64,000 bases of DNA from Patescibacteria group bacterium (GTDB lineage Bacteria; Patescibacteriota; Patescibacteriia; Patescibacteriales; JAQVLT01): contig JAQVLT010000003.1 in NCBI GenBank assembly GCA_028704015.1, forward strand, positions 36,997-100,996. Direction: 5' to 3'. Positions 44,319 through 54,199 of the stretch are shown piece by piece; position 1 is the stretch's first letter, and every line of letters starts with the position of its first letter. The translations under genes and the position numbers were made by a program. The notes under the pieces were generated by a model that worked only from the letters and a program-made list of their open reading frames with translations, was not told where the DNA came from and made no database searches.

Positions 44319-45497
44319 TTATAATTTAAAATTTAAAATTTTACTGTATTCCTTTCCCACTCTTTCCCAACTAAATTTTTCCACTCTTTTCAAACCTTTC
44401 GCGATTAAGCTTTCACGCAATTTTTGATTATTTAAAACTTCTTCAATCGCTTTGGCGATTTCATTAATATTAAAAGGATTTACCAGTATTGCCGCCTCGC
44501 CGACAACTTCCGGCAGACTGGAAACCGCGCTCGCGATTACCGGCGTGCCCGAGGCCATAGCTTCAAGCGGCGGAAAACCGAATCCTTCATAAAAAGACGG
44601 GAAAACAAAAACCGAAGCAAGTTTGTAGAGAGCCGGCTTGTCTTCGTCATCAACATACCCCAAGAATATTATATCATTTTTATACTTAGATTTCTCGCGC
44701 TCCGCCAAAATACTCTCATATTTCCAGCCCATGCCACCAGCTATAATCAACTTTTGACAACCTGCCTGCCGGCAGGCAAGGTTAACATTTGACAATTGAC
44801 TTCTATACTTATTGTAAGCCTGAATAAGGCCAACGATATTTTTTCTCGGCTCAACCGTACCCAAAAATAAAATGTATTTTTCTGGAAGGTTATATTTCTT
44901 TCTAATATTTTGAAATTTGGGAATTGAAAATTGAAAATTGAAAATTTTAAAGCGTTCATCAACACCCGAGTATATTACCCTCGCTTTCTCCTCTGGCACC
45001 CCACATAATTCCACAACATCCCGTCTGGTGTTTTCCGATATCGCAATTACTAAATCAAACTGCTTAATCAATTTTTTTACATTCAAGGCACGGTGCCAAA
45101 TATTTTTTCGCCAGCTGAAATACTCCGGATACCGCAGAAATGACAAATCATGAATGGTGATAATTTTCCGGCAATCCGAGGAAAGCGACAAAAAATTAAT
45201 GTGCGGCGCCCAAAAAACATCCACTCCGCCTAGCAACTTGTCAATCTTCGGCCAGCAAAAAATTTTTTGCAAAATATAATTAAAAATTTTATTCGGATAT
45301 TTGGTTCTATAAATTTTAACATTGGGCTGATCAAATTTCGGCAACCGCTCGCTGATATCGCGATAAGAATTGTAATATAACAAATATTCATTACTCTTAT
45401 CCTCTGCTAAAATTTCTTTAACTAAAGCCAACGTGTACTCCGACACGCCACTATATCGCTTATCCATGAGTGTCCGAATATCAATGCCAATTTTCAT
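44319..45497 (-). CDS. GT4-family glycosyltransferase
   Basis: [20 protein letters not shown]. Contains the insert [12 protein letters not shown]. Confidence 0.85.
   Translation of the reverse strand: MKIGIDIRTLMDKRYSGVSEYTLALVKEILAEDKSNEYLLYYNSYRDISERLPKFDQPNVKIYRTKYPNKIFNYILQKIFCWPKIDKLLGGVDVFWAPHINFLSLSSDCRKIITIHDLSFLRYPEYFSWRKNIWHRALNVKKLIKQFDLVIAISENTRRDVVELCGVPEEKARVIYSGVDERFKIFNFQFSIPKFQNIRKKYNLPEKYILFLGTVEPRKNIVGLIQAYNKYRSQLSNVNLACRQAGCQKLIIAGGMGWKYESILAEREKSKYKNDIIFLGYVDDEDKPALYKLASVFVFPSFYEGFGFPPLEAMASGTPVIASAVSSLPEVVGEAAILVNPFNINEIAKAIEEVLNNQKLRESLIAKGLKRVEKFSWERVGKEYSKILNFKL
44759..44783. repeat. 25-nt palindrome of the CCTGCCTGCCGGCAGGCAGG family, in frame
   Basis: AACCTGCCTGCCGGCAGGCAAGGTT. 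Confidence 0.75.
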
Positions 45498-45564
45498 AAA
45501 GCTTTTAGCTTGAAGCTTTAAGCTGTTAGCTTATAGTAATTTAAATGGCTTATAAAACTCAAAG

Positions 45565-46680
45565 CTATTTTCTGCTAGCAGAAAATTTCTCCCATTCTTT
45601 TCCAATAAATTCTTTCATTTCTTTTTTGAATCTTTCTTTGGAAAATTTTTCCGCGTGTTCACGGATAAACTGCGGGGTAAAATTATTCGGATTAAAATTT
45701 TGGACAGTTTCTTTAATCGCTTCCGCGGTTTGCTCGCTGAAAAATAAGCCGGTCTTTCCGGGTATAACTGTTTCCAGCGCTCCGCCGCGCGAATACGCGA
45801 TCACCGGCCGACCGGAAGCCATTGATTCCACGACCGTTATGCCGAAATCTTCCACTTGCGGATTAATAAACGCCTGACATTGGCTGAATAACTTCGCCCG
45901 CTCGGCATCGCTTACTCTTCCCAGTAATTCAATATTTTCCGCCTCGCCGGCGATATTTTTTAACCGTGACAAATCAATGCCATCGCCAAAAACTTTTAAT
46001 TTTTTGTCCGGCATTTTTTTGAAAGCGTCAATCACGATGTCAATCCTTTTGTAAGGCACCAAACGGCAACCGACCAAAAAATAATCTCCCACCTCTGATG
46101 AAATATTAAATTTTTCTATATCCACATTCGGGTAAATAATCGTTGATTCCCGCCTGTAGTATTTAGTAATTCTTTTTTGGCAAGTCAAAGAATTGGCGAT
46201 AAAAACATCCACGCGATCCGCCGCTTGCCTGTCCCAAATGCGCACGTAGTTCAAAACCAAAGAAATTATTTTTTTGAAATATTTATTGTATTTCAGTGCA
46301 TTGATGTATTCATGAGTATCGCTCCAGAGATAGCGCGTCGGCGTATGGCAATAATCAATGTGCAAAGTTTCCGGTTTAGTAATCACTCCCTTCGCGAAAG
46401 ACGAGGAATCAGAGAGCACCAAATCATAATTTCCCAAATCAAAAAACTCCACCGCCATCGGCATAAACGGCATATACCACTGATAATGCTTCACACCGCC
46501 AGGCAAACGCTGAATAATTGAAGCGTCAATTTGGCGGTCGCGGTAATATTTATCTATGTATTTCTGATCATAAAGCAAAGTGTAAATCGGCGCATCAGGA
46601 AATATCTCAACCAAAGCCTTAAAAACTTGCTCGGCGCCGCCGTCCTGCGCTAAATGATCGTGAACTAAGGCAACACGCAT
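45565..46680 (-). CDS. GT4-family glycosyltransferase
   Basis: EDFGITVVESMASGRPVIAY. Confidence 0.85.
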   Translation of the reverse strand: MRVALVHDHLAQDGGAEQVFKALVEIFPDAPIYTLLYDQKYIDKYYRDRQIDASIIQRLPGGVKHYQWYMPFMPMAVEFFDLGNYDLVLSDSSSFAKGVITKPETLHIDYCHTPTRYLWSDTHEYINALKYNKYFKKIISLVLNYVRIWDRQAADRVDVFIANSLTCQKRITKYYRRESTIIYPNVDIEKFNISSEVGDYFLVGCRLVPYKRIDIVIDAFKKMPDKKLKVFGDGIDLSRLKNIAGEAENIELLGRVSDAERAKLFSQCQAFINPQVEDFGITVVESMASGRPVIAYSRGGALETVIPGKTGLFFSEQTAEAIKETVQNFNPNNFTPQFIREHAEKFSKERFKKEMKEFIGKEWEKFSASRK

Positions 46681-46727
46681 GATTTTAGATTTAAGAATAA
46701 AGATTTATGATTTAAGAATGAGTCATC

Positions 46728-46830
46728 CTTTTGTCATTCCGGATCCGCCCGGGGGCGTAATCCGGAATCCCCGCCTACACCGAGGCTTCGGCGGGCAGGC
46801 AGGAGCCAGCGATAAAAACATTATTTTTCC
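46728..46830. repeat. degenerate copy of the TTGTCAT...GGCAGGCAGG element (intergenic)
   Basis: TTTTGTCATTCCGGATCCGCCCGGGGGCG...CGGCGGGCAGGCAGG. No matching right TIR seen. Confidence 0.5.
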
Positions 46831-46869
46831 TACTACGTCACAGCCCCTAAAAAAAGACTGGGAAAAACC

Positions 46870-47271
46870 TTAACGAACAAAATCTTGATAATACTTATCT
46901 ATGGACGCGTCTTCTGCTTCTCTGTTCATAATTACCTCGCTCGGAACATTTATTTCTATTGCTCTGCTTTCTTCATTTGACGGTCGAGATAACCATATAA
47001 AAATTAATGCGTAGAAAAGTATGAGTAAAAAAACTGGAGAAAAAAGATAACTCCAAAAATGACTAGGAAAATATTTTTTTATCCTCGATTCTCTCGGGGG
47101 AATCTTTTTTCCCCATTCACGAAAAATAGTTATAGTGTCTTTTTCCATAAAATTATACATTTTCACCGCCGCGGCACAGTCCTCGCGGAGAGACTGCGCC
47201 GGAACTAAATAACGTTTTTTCTTTTTTATTGACTTAATTTTGTTAAGTTGTGGTATTATCAAATATTTCAA
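46870..47271 (-). CDS. hypothetical single-TM protein
   Basis: 133-aa ORF with a central TM (FWSYLFSPVFLLILFYALIFIWL). The start is uncertain (alternative M at 47160). Confidence 0.4.
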   Translation of the reverse strand: MKYLIIPQLNKIKSIKKKKRYLVPAQSLREDCAAAVKMYNFMEKDTITIFREWGKKIPPRESRIKKYFPSHFWSYLFSPVFLLILFYALIFIWLSRPSNEESRAIEINVPSEVIMNREAEDASIDKYYQDFVR

Positions 47272-47920
47272 ATGCCCTATTTTTTAAATAAAAAACAACT
47301 TCCACCTCTTCTTTGTCAATTCCAGAATTAATACTATCTTCTTCACGCTTATCAAATACATCATTTCCCTTAGAACGTTTTTCAAATAAGTTTAACATTT
47401 TAGCGATCCACTCTCCGTTGGATAGTAATCTTCCTTCCTCGTACATTAACCCAACTTTTTTAGGTAGCGGATAGCGACCAATCCATAACAAATGTTTGTT
47501 AATTAATTCAATATAAAACCGCTCTTTTTTCTCTGATAAAATCATATCTGAATCTTTAAATAATTCAATCAATCCGTGTCTATAAATTTTATCTAATTCA
47601 AGTGGAGCTGAAGTAATTAACGGATGATTATTCTTGTATTTTTGTATAATAATTCCCTTGAGAATATTTTCAAATCCAAACCCCCACAACATTCGAATGA
47701 TCCCATCTATCCAAAAACATCTAATTACAATTTCATTTGAAAAAAGTTTCAACAATCTTTTTTCTTTGTCAGGAAAATTGTCTTGCCACTTTATAGTATT
47801 AAATTCTAGCAAAATTTGCGCTGATTGGAATAAGTCGCAAGCTGTTTCTTTCCATATTTCAGATTTTTTATAGCACGTATCTTTTAAAAAACGAAATGAA
47901 TCTTCACTATTTTGAGACAT
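47243..47920 (-). CDS. hypothetical all-helical protein
   Basis: 225 aa with no confident family. ENILKG...YRHGLIELF is only vaguely HEPN-like. Confidence 0.5.
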   Translation of the reverse strand: MSQNSEDSFRFLKDTCYKKSEIWKETACDLFQSAQILLEFNTIKWQDNFPDKEKRLLKLFSNEIVIRCFWIDGIIRMLWGFGFENILKGIIIQKYKNNHPLITSAPLELDKIYRHGLIELFKDSDMILSEKKERFYIELINKHLLWIGRYPLPKKVGLMYEEGRLLSNGEWIAKMLNLFEKRSKGNDVFDKREEDSINSGIDKEEVEVVFYLKNRAFEIFDNTTT

Positions 47921-47990
47921 ATTTTTCTATTTTTTATTTCATTCCTCTAAACCTCCATTTTTAAATCTCTAATCTAAAATCTAAAATTCC

Positions 47991-49424
47991 TTACTCCGCC
48001 TTCCTCCCCCTAAGCACCGCCAGCGGCGTCCGAAGTAATATTGTTAAATCAAAAAGCAGAGACCAATTTTCAATATAATAAGTATCTAATTTCACTTCTT
48101 CCTCAAAACTTAAATCACTGCGACCGGAAATTTGCGCCAATCCGGTAATGCCCGGTTTGATTGACAGAACCTTCTTGTGGTGGCTTTCATATTTTGCCAC
48201 TTCTCGCGGCTGATGCGGACGAGGGCCAACCAGACTCATAGTACCCAATAAAACATTAAAAAATTGCGGCAACTCATCAATGCTCCAACGCCTGATAAAT
48301 TTACCCACGCGCGTAACGCGCGGATCATCAGCAATTTTATACAATGGCTCGCCTTCTTTGATGCTTTTTTCTTCAATTAATTTTCTCTCATATTCTAATG
48401 CTTTATTAACATCTCCATATTCTTCACCCACGCAATGCTGAATCAGCATGGAACGAAATTTTAAAACTTTAAAAGTACCGTTTTTGCTTACCCTCTCATT
48501 TTTGTATAAAACTGAACCGTGCGAATCAAGCTTGATGGCCAGGGCCGCTAAAATTAAAATTGGCGAAAATAAAATTATCAAAAATAATGAACCGACAATA
48601 TCAACAATTCTTTTGGCAATTTTTCCCCAGCCATCTAACGGAGTTTCTACAATTTCCACAATCGGGATACCGGCAATTTCTGTCACCTCGGTTTTTAAAA
48701 CTTTTGTCCCCAAAAGATCGGCGGCAAATTTAAAAGTTAAATGATTCTCATCAGCGAAATCATAAAGCCTTAGCACCTCGCCCTTGGTTAAATTGGGATC
48801 GCTTTGAATAATTTCGTCAGCTTCATTGTTATTCAAAAATTCTTTTAATTCCTCGGAGGTTTCAATATTAAAATCCCTAAAACGTTTAACAATTTCATAG
48901 CCGTATCTCTTGTTGCTGGAAAATTCATGAACTAAACTATCTGTCGTTTTACTGTTTCCCACCAAGACTACTTTATGCACGCCAACGCCGGTAGCTAAAA
49001 GCGCTCTTTGTAAAGCACGCACCAAAATACGACCAAAACTTACAAAAAATATTGATAAAATCCAGGCGGCTAAAACAATAAAACGGGAATCAAATAATTC
49101 CCGCCTAATAAATATCAAAATTACTATTACCATCAAACCGGTTGAGCAAGCTAAAACGACACGATAAATTTCTTTTATTAATTTCCGGCTGGTTTTAATA
49201 TTATAAAGTCCGGCTAAGGCAAAAACAATCAGCCAAATAAAGGCGACAAAAAATACAATATTCAAATAAACGCCGAAAGGCAGATTGTTAGTAAAAATAA
49301 CCGGCCTAAAATCAGTTATCAGTTTGGCAAAACGAATATAATAAGCAAAAATTCCGGCCACGACAAGCATAATATAATCTAGCGGGACGAGTAAAAAAGA
49401 AAAAAATAATTCTGATTTTTTCAT
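47991..49424 (-). CDS. polyprenyl-phosphate glycosyl-1-phosphate transferase (WbaP/EpsB-like sugar transferase)
   Basis: N-terminal TMs plus DELPQFFNVLLGTMSLVGPRP. Confidence 0.88.
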   Translation of the reverse strand: MKKSELFFSFLLVPLDYIMLVVAGIFAYYIRFAKLITDFRPVIFTNNLPFGVYLNIVFFVAFIWLIVFALAGLYNIKTSRKLIKEIYRVVLACSTGLMVIVILIFIRRELFDSRFIVLAAWILSIFFVSFGRILVRALQRALLATGVGVHKVVLVGNSKTTDSLVHEFSSNKRYGYEIVKRFRDFNIETSEELKEFLNNNEADEIIQSDPNLTKGEVLRLYDFADENHLTFKFAADLLGTKVLKTEVTEIAGIPIVEIVETPLDGWGKIAKRIVDIVGSLFLIILFSPILILAALAIKLDSHGSVLYKNERVSKNGTFKVLKFRSMLIQHCVGEEYGDVNKALEYERKLIEEKSIKEGEPLYKIADDPRVTRVGKFIRRWSIDELPQFFNVLLGTMSLVGPRPHQPREVAKYESHHKKVLSIKPGITGLAQISGRSDLSFEEEVKLDTYYIENWSLLFDLTILLRTPLAVLRGRKAE

Positions 49425-49487
49425 TTTTTTATTTTTTCTCTCCTTTTAATAAGGAGAGATTTAAATGAGACTTTAAATTTCACTAAT

Positions 49488-49946
49488 CTCAAGGCAAGCT
49501 ATAAGCCGGATTCTGTCTAGGACAATCATCTATCTTGTCCAGCGATTGCTCGCGGGATCATGCGAACTACTTTTCTTTACCATTTCCTTCATCCCCTCTC
49601 CTTCACAAGGAGAGGGTTAGGGTGAGGTAAATTTGTTCTTGCTTCAAGCAGGGTTTACCATCCACGGCTGTCACCAGCCGAAAAAAATTGTAGCCATTTA
49701 TCTAGAACAAATGACATCAATTAACTTTTCACCTTTCTTTTTGACTTACAATAGATTAAGATAAATCTTAAATCTAAAATCGTAAATCAAAAATAGTATA
49801 GTCTCTGTGGCACTTTCCCTAAGATTACTCCTGGTTGCTGTTAGCAACTGCTTTTTTATTTTTAGCGATTTAATTCGCAAAAATGAAGTCCGGACTTTCC
49901 TCCCCGTCTTTCAATGAAAAACGGAGCGATTGTCTACTTACCTTGA
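49488..49946 (-). ncRNA. rnpB: RNase P RNA (bacterial type A-like)
   Basis: Minus strand has GAGGAAAGTCCGGAC (49902-49888), AGTGCCACAGAGA, GGTAAACCC..AGCAAG..CAAAT and ACAGAATCCGGCTTA (49516-49502). P1 pairs CAAGGTAAG with CTTGCCTTG. The ends are approximate. Confidence 0.85.
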
Positions 49947-50101
49947 TATTAGCGAAATTTAATGAACAATTTCAATTTATTATTTATCCAAAATATACTA
50001 CATTATTACAAAAAAGTCAACTCCAACACCCTAACTAAAACGGGCGAACAAAATAGTCCGCCCAAAAATAAAATAACAATACATTTTTTATATTTATTTT
50101 T

Positions 50102-51142
50102 TTATTCTTGCCCTCTCATCGCCAAACCAATTGCTACTGCCAATCGCGGCGCTACCTCATCCAAAACCGGTTTTAAATCAATCGGACATGACACCCTTGA
50201 CCAGGGATCGCCAACAATTGTATTTAAATTGAATATTTTAGAAAAATATTCTGGAAGATTAAGTAAAATTGCCGAGCCGCCCGACAAAACAATCTTTTCC
50301 ACTTTTTCATTATGCTTGCTTTCAAACAAATTCAACATATGCTTAATTTCATTTATTATAGGGCTAATCGCTTCAATAATCGTCTGCGGAATGACCTCCT
50401 GTTTTCTCTCGCCGATACTAATACCTAAATCATATTTAAATTGTTCCGCCCTTTCCAAGCCAATATTTAAATTTTTGCTTATTGCGTTAGTAATTGTAGC
50501 GCCGCCAACATCAATACTTCTATTTAATAATGGTATGCTTTTGTTAACAATAGAAATATCAGTAGTGCTCGCACCTATTTCTACTATCATCATTGGAGTT
50601 TTATCATTACCCAAAAGAGCTCGGATCAAAGAAAAAGTTTCAGTTTCTAAACTTAATAAATTAATTTTTGCGGCCTTAAAAATCTCAATATATTTTTTGA
50701 CCAATGTTTTAGGCGCCGCCGTTAACAAAACACTCATTCCTTTTTTGTTTTGGCCGTTTTCTATTTCTTTCCAATCCAAAACCATTTCTTCCAAAGGCAT
50801 AGGAATTACTTTCTTTGCCTCCCAATTTATTGCCGAAGGTATATCTTTCTTTGCTACGCTGGCTAAATTAATTACGGATGAAAAAACAGAAAAAGTAGGC
50901 AGGGCGGCGATGGCATTTTTTGATTTAACACCAGCTTTCTCGCAAATTTTATTAATAACTTCGGCTGTATACTCAATATCTTTTTGCCAATCGCTCGCGT
51001 TTAAACCGCCGCCGGTATTCTCGCTAAAACCATACGTTGATAACCTAAGACCTCCTTTTGTTTTTTTTAATTCAACAATTTTAATTCCCACACTGCCAAT
51101 GTCTACTCCTAAATAACTTTGATTTGAAGAAAATAAACCCAT
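50102..51142 (-). CDS. pilM: type IV pilus assembly protein PilM
   Basis: Actin-like ATPase fold: LGVDIGSVGIKIVEL, VEIGASTTDISIV, IVLSGGSA. Confidence 0.85.
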   Translation of the reverse strand: MGLFSSNQSYLGVDIGSVGIKIVELKKTKGGLRLSTYGFSENTGGGLNASDWQKDIEYTAEVINKICEKAGVKSKNAIAALPTFSVFSSVINLASVAKKDIPSAINWEAKKVIPMPLEEMVLDWKEIENGQNKKGMSVLLTAAPKTLVKKYIEIFKAAKINLLSLETETFSLIRALLGNDKTPMMIVEIGASTTDISIVNKSIPLLNRSIDVGGATITNAISKNLNIGLERAEQFKYDLGISIGERKQEVIPQTIIEAISPIINEIKHMLNLFESKHNEKVEKIVLSGGSAILLNLPEYFSKIFNLNTIVGDPWSRVSCPIDLKPVLDEVAPRLAVAIGLAMRGQE

Positions 51143-51308
51143 ATTTATACAAATATTTAAAAATCAAATTTTGTATTATTTATAATAATATTATATAATA
51201 TAGTTAACAAATAAACAACTTGCTGTTATTAATTATACCACATAACCCGAAATACAAACAATACGCGATTTTTATTTTTATATTTTTAATTTCTTAATAT
51301 TTTATTTT

Positions 51309-52544
51309 ATGAACTTCTTTGCAAAGTATAAAAAAATCTTTATAATTATCATTTTTTTAGTTTTTATTCTGCTAGTGTCTTATCTAATTTATATTACCTT
51401 TTTTAAATCCACGGCCGTTATGCCCGTCGTTCAACCTGGCGCTACTACTACACCACTCGGCCTACCAACTTCACCTACCGGCCCGGGGCAAATAGTGGCT
51501 ACAACGCCGGCGGAAAAACTACCGACCGGGACTGAACAACCGGCTACCCCAGCTGATGAAATTGCCGCTGGCAGGCTAACAAAAACCACCAGTTTAAACA
51601 GTACTCCGAGCTTGGGAGTTACTTTGGATATAGATGGAAAAGAACTTCGCTATTACAATAGTATTGATGGCATATTTTATCGGATTACGTCAGAAGGGCA
51701 AGCCGAGCCTCTTAATGACAAAACCTTTTACAACGTGAGCAAGGTTACTTGGTCGCCTGACAAAAATAAGGCGATTTTGGAATATCCCGACGACTCTAAT
51801 ATTATTTATGATTTTCAAAAAAAACAACAAACTACCCTGCCTAAACACTGGAAAGAATTTGCTTATGCGCCTAGCGGCAATCAAATTGTTATGAAAAGCA
51901 TCGGCCTTGATCCTTCTAATCGCTGGTTGGCAATTTCTAATGATGACGGCTCGCAAACTCAGCCGATTGAAGAAATAGGCGAAAATGAGGCTACAGTCTT
52001 TCCTTCCTGGTCGCCCAACGGACAAACTATCGCTATGTATACCAAAGGTGTGGATTTTAACCGGCAAGAAATATTTTTTGTTGGGCTTCATGATGAAAAT
52101 TTTAAATCAATGGTTATAGAAGGGCGCGACTTCCGCTCTGCATGGTCGCCAAATGGCGATCGCCTCCTCTATAGCGTATATTCTAGCGACAACGATTTAA
52201 AACCGATGCTTTGGATAAGCGGAGCGCAAGGCGATAATATTGGCGCTAACAGAAAAAGCCTGGGCCTAGAAACTTGGGCGGATAAATGCGTTTTTGTCGA
52301 TAGCCAAAACGCGATTTGCGCCGTGCCGACAAGCCTAGAAAAAGGCGCGGGATTATTTCCCGAAATGGCTCAAAACACACCTGACATCCTTTATCAAATT
52401 GACACTTACACAGGATTAAAAAAAATAATTGCTACTCCTGATTCAAATTTGACTATGTCCAATTTGATAATTTCAAACGACAAAAAATATCTTTACTTCG
52501 TGGACTCACTTACCCAGTCAATACATAAAATAAATCTTAAATAA
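51309..52544 (+). CDS. TolB-like beta-propeller protein with an N-terminal TM
   Basis: Repeated WSPDKNKA, WSPNGQTIA and WSPNGDRLLY (PD40 repeats). Confidence 0.7.
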   Translation: MNFFAKYKKIFIIIIFLVFILLVSYLIYITFFKSTAVMPVVQPGATTTPLGLPTSPTGPGQIVATTPAEKLPTGTEQPATPADEIAAGRLTKTTSLNSTPSLGVTLDIDGKELRYYNSIDGIFYRITSEGQAEPLNDKTFYNVSKVTWSPDKNKAILEYPDDSNIIYDFQKKQQTTLPKHWKEFAYAPSGNQIVMKSIGLDPSNRWLAISNDDGSQTQPIEEIGENEATVFPSWSPNGQTIAMYTKGVDFNRQEIFFVGLHDENFKSMVIEGRDFRSAWSPNGDRLLYSVYSSDNDLKPMLWISGAQGDNIGANRKSLGLETWADKCVFVDSQNAICAVPTSLEKGAGLFPEMAQNTPDILYQIDTYTGLKKIIATPDSNLTMSNLIISNDKKYLYFVDSLTQSIHKINLK

Positions 52545-52570
52545 AAATTTTATTTTATTTTTAAACAAAA

Positions 52571-52600
52571 AATGGCGAGCCGACAAAGTCGCCATTATTT
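52571..52600 (+). terminator. hairpin AATGGCGA-N10-TCGCCATT
   Basis: Read directly. Confidence 0.45.
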
Positions 52601-52626
52601 GAAGTTTTTTGTAATTTATATAATAC

Positions 52627-53355
52627 ATGCCGATTAACATCCTGTTTTCAAAAATTAATCAGGCGAAAAAATTGATTTCAGACCTTCTTTTTCCCGTCAC
52701 CTGCCTTGGTTGTGGCCGGGAAGGAAAATGGCTTTGTGAAGAGTGTTTTGAAAAATTGGAATTTTCCACTCAACAAGTCTGCTTGGAATGCAAAGCAAAA
52801 AATGAATTTGGCCGATTTTGCCCAAATTGTTCGGCTAAATTCGCGCTTCAAGGAATTTTAATTGCTGCGGATTATAATAATAAAATTATTTCCGCGTTGG
52901 TAAAAAATCTAAAATATCATTTTGCTCAAGATATTGCCGAAATGCTCGGCAATTTTTTAATCGCTTTTTTAAAAAACGAGGAGAACAAAAACTTTTCAAA
53001 TTTTCTTAAAAATTCTATAATAATACCCGTGCCTTTGCACAAAAAACGTTTTCGCTGGCGCGAATTCAATCAAGCGGAAGAGATCGCCAAAATTGTGACT
53101 AAACATTTTAACTTGCCAATTACCACCGATCTTGTTAGGATTAAAAATACTAAGCCGCAAGTAAAATTAAACGCGGCGGAAAGAAAAACAAATTTGAAAA
53201 ATTGTTTCACCTGGACTGGAAATAATCTAAACGGTAAAAATATTTTAATCATTGATGATGTTTCTACGACCGGCTCAACGCTGAATGAATGCGCCCATGC
53301 TTTAAAACCTGCCGGCGCCGGACAAATCTGGGGGTTGGTGGTAGCTAACGGCTAA
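52627..53355 (+). CDS. comFC: ComF family phosphoribosyltransferase-like protein
   Basis: N-terminal CxxC pairs (CLGCG..CEEC, CLEC..CPNC) and PRT motif ILIIDDVSTTGSTL. Confidence 0.85.
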   Translation: MPINILFSKINQAKKLISDLLFPVTCLGCGREGKWLCEECFEKLEFSTQQVCLECKAKNEFGRFCPNCSAKFALQGILIAADYNNKIISALVKNLKYHFAQDIAEMLGNFLIAFLKNEENKNFSNFLKNSIIIPVPLHKKRFRWREFNQAEEIAKIVTKHFNLPITTDLVRIKNTKPQVKLNAAERKTNLKNCFTWTGNNLNGKNILIIDDVSTTGSTLNECAHALKPAGAGQIWGLVVANG

Positions 53356-53387
53356 AAATTTATAATTTAAAACTTAAAATTTCACGT

Positions 53388-54131
53388 ATGGTCTATCTCT
53401 ATACTCTATCAAGCGTTATTATCGTTTCTATTCTCTCCCTGATCGGCGTAATCACACTGGCGGTAAAACCCGTGACGCTAAAAAAAATCACCTTTCTTTT
53501 GGTAAGCTTGTCAGCCGGAACTTTGCTGGGCGATAGTTTTCTGCATCTTCTTCCTGAAGCAATTGAAAAAAATAGCGATTTAGCCATCTGGTTTTGGCTC
53601 TTAGGCGGTATTCTGATATTTTTTGTTTTGGAAAAAATAATTTGCTGGCGCCACTGCCATCTGGAAACTACCGACAATCATCCTCATCCGGTCGGCACAA
53701 TGAACTTAGTTGGCGACGGCCTGCATAATTTAATTGACGGAATAGTGATTGCTGGTTCATTTATAGTGAGTATTCCCCTGGGCCTCACCACTACAATCGC
53801 GGTTATTGCCCATGAAATACCCCAGGAAATCGGTGATTTTGGGGTTCTTATTCATGCCGGCTATACACGCAGCAAAGCATTATTTTTAAATTTCTGTTCT
53901 GCGGCCACCTCTCTAATCGGCGCATTATTTATTCTGGTTACCAGCGTAAACTCTGATAATTTTTCAGCTTCAATAATACCTTTTACTGCTGGCGGATTTA
54001 TTTATATCGCTACCGCCGACCTTATTCCGGAATTAAAAAAAGATACCGGTGCCATTAAATCTTTTGGGCAACTAATCGCAATTATAGCGGGAATTGCTAT
54101 AATGTTTGGATTGAAATTTATATTTGAATAA
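53388..54131 (+). CDS. ZIP family metal transporter
   Basis: HEIPQEIGDFGVL motif, 8 TM. Confidence 0.85.
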   Translation: MVYLYTLSSVIIVSILSLIGVITLAVKPVTLKKITFLLVSLSAGTLLGDSFLHLLPEAIEKNSDLAIWFWLLGGILIFFVLEKIICWRHCHLETTDNHPHPVGTMNLVGDGLHNLIDGIVIAGSFIVSIPLGLTTTIAVIAHEIPQEIGDFGVLIHAGYTRSKALFLNFCSAATSLIGALFILVTSVNSDNFSASIIPFTAGGFIYIATADLIPELKKDTGAIKSFGQLIAIIAGIAIMFGLKFIFE

Positions 54132-54154
54132 TTATAATCAAAAAAATTTTATAC

Positions 54155-54185
54155 AAAAAAGCGGGATTTATAAATCCCGCTTTTT
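54155..54185. terminator. bidirectional hairpin AAAAAGCGGGATTTATAAATCCCGCTTTTT
   Basis: Read directly between convergent genes. Confidence 0.6.
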
Positions 54186-54199
54186 GCTAACTTTATTTT

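Noticed and set aside
49962-51116. 384-aa stop-free ORF on the plus strand, antisense to the whole of pilM
   Set aside because: pilM has clear actin-like ATPase motifs, while the antisense product is low-complexity and hydrophobic with no motif. My rough estimate is that this frame stays open only if about 13 Tyr/His/Gln codon contexts all avoid stops, roughly 1e-3 to 1e-4 per gene. That makes it mildly unusual across about 60 genes but not compelling. I treat it as spurious unless Ribo-seq says otherwise.
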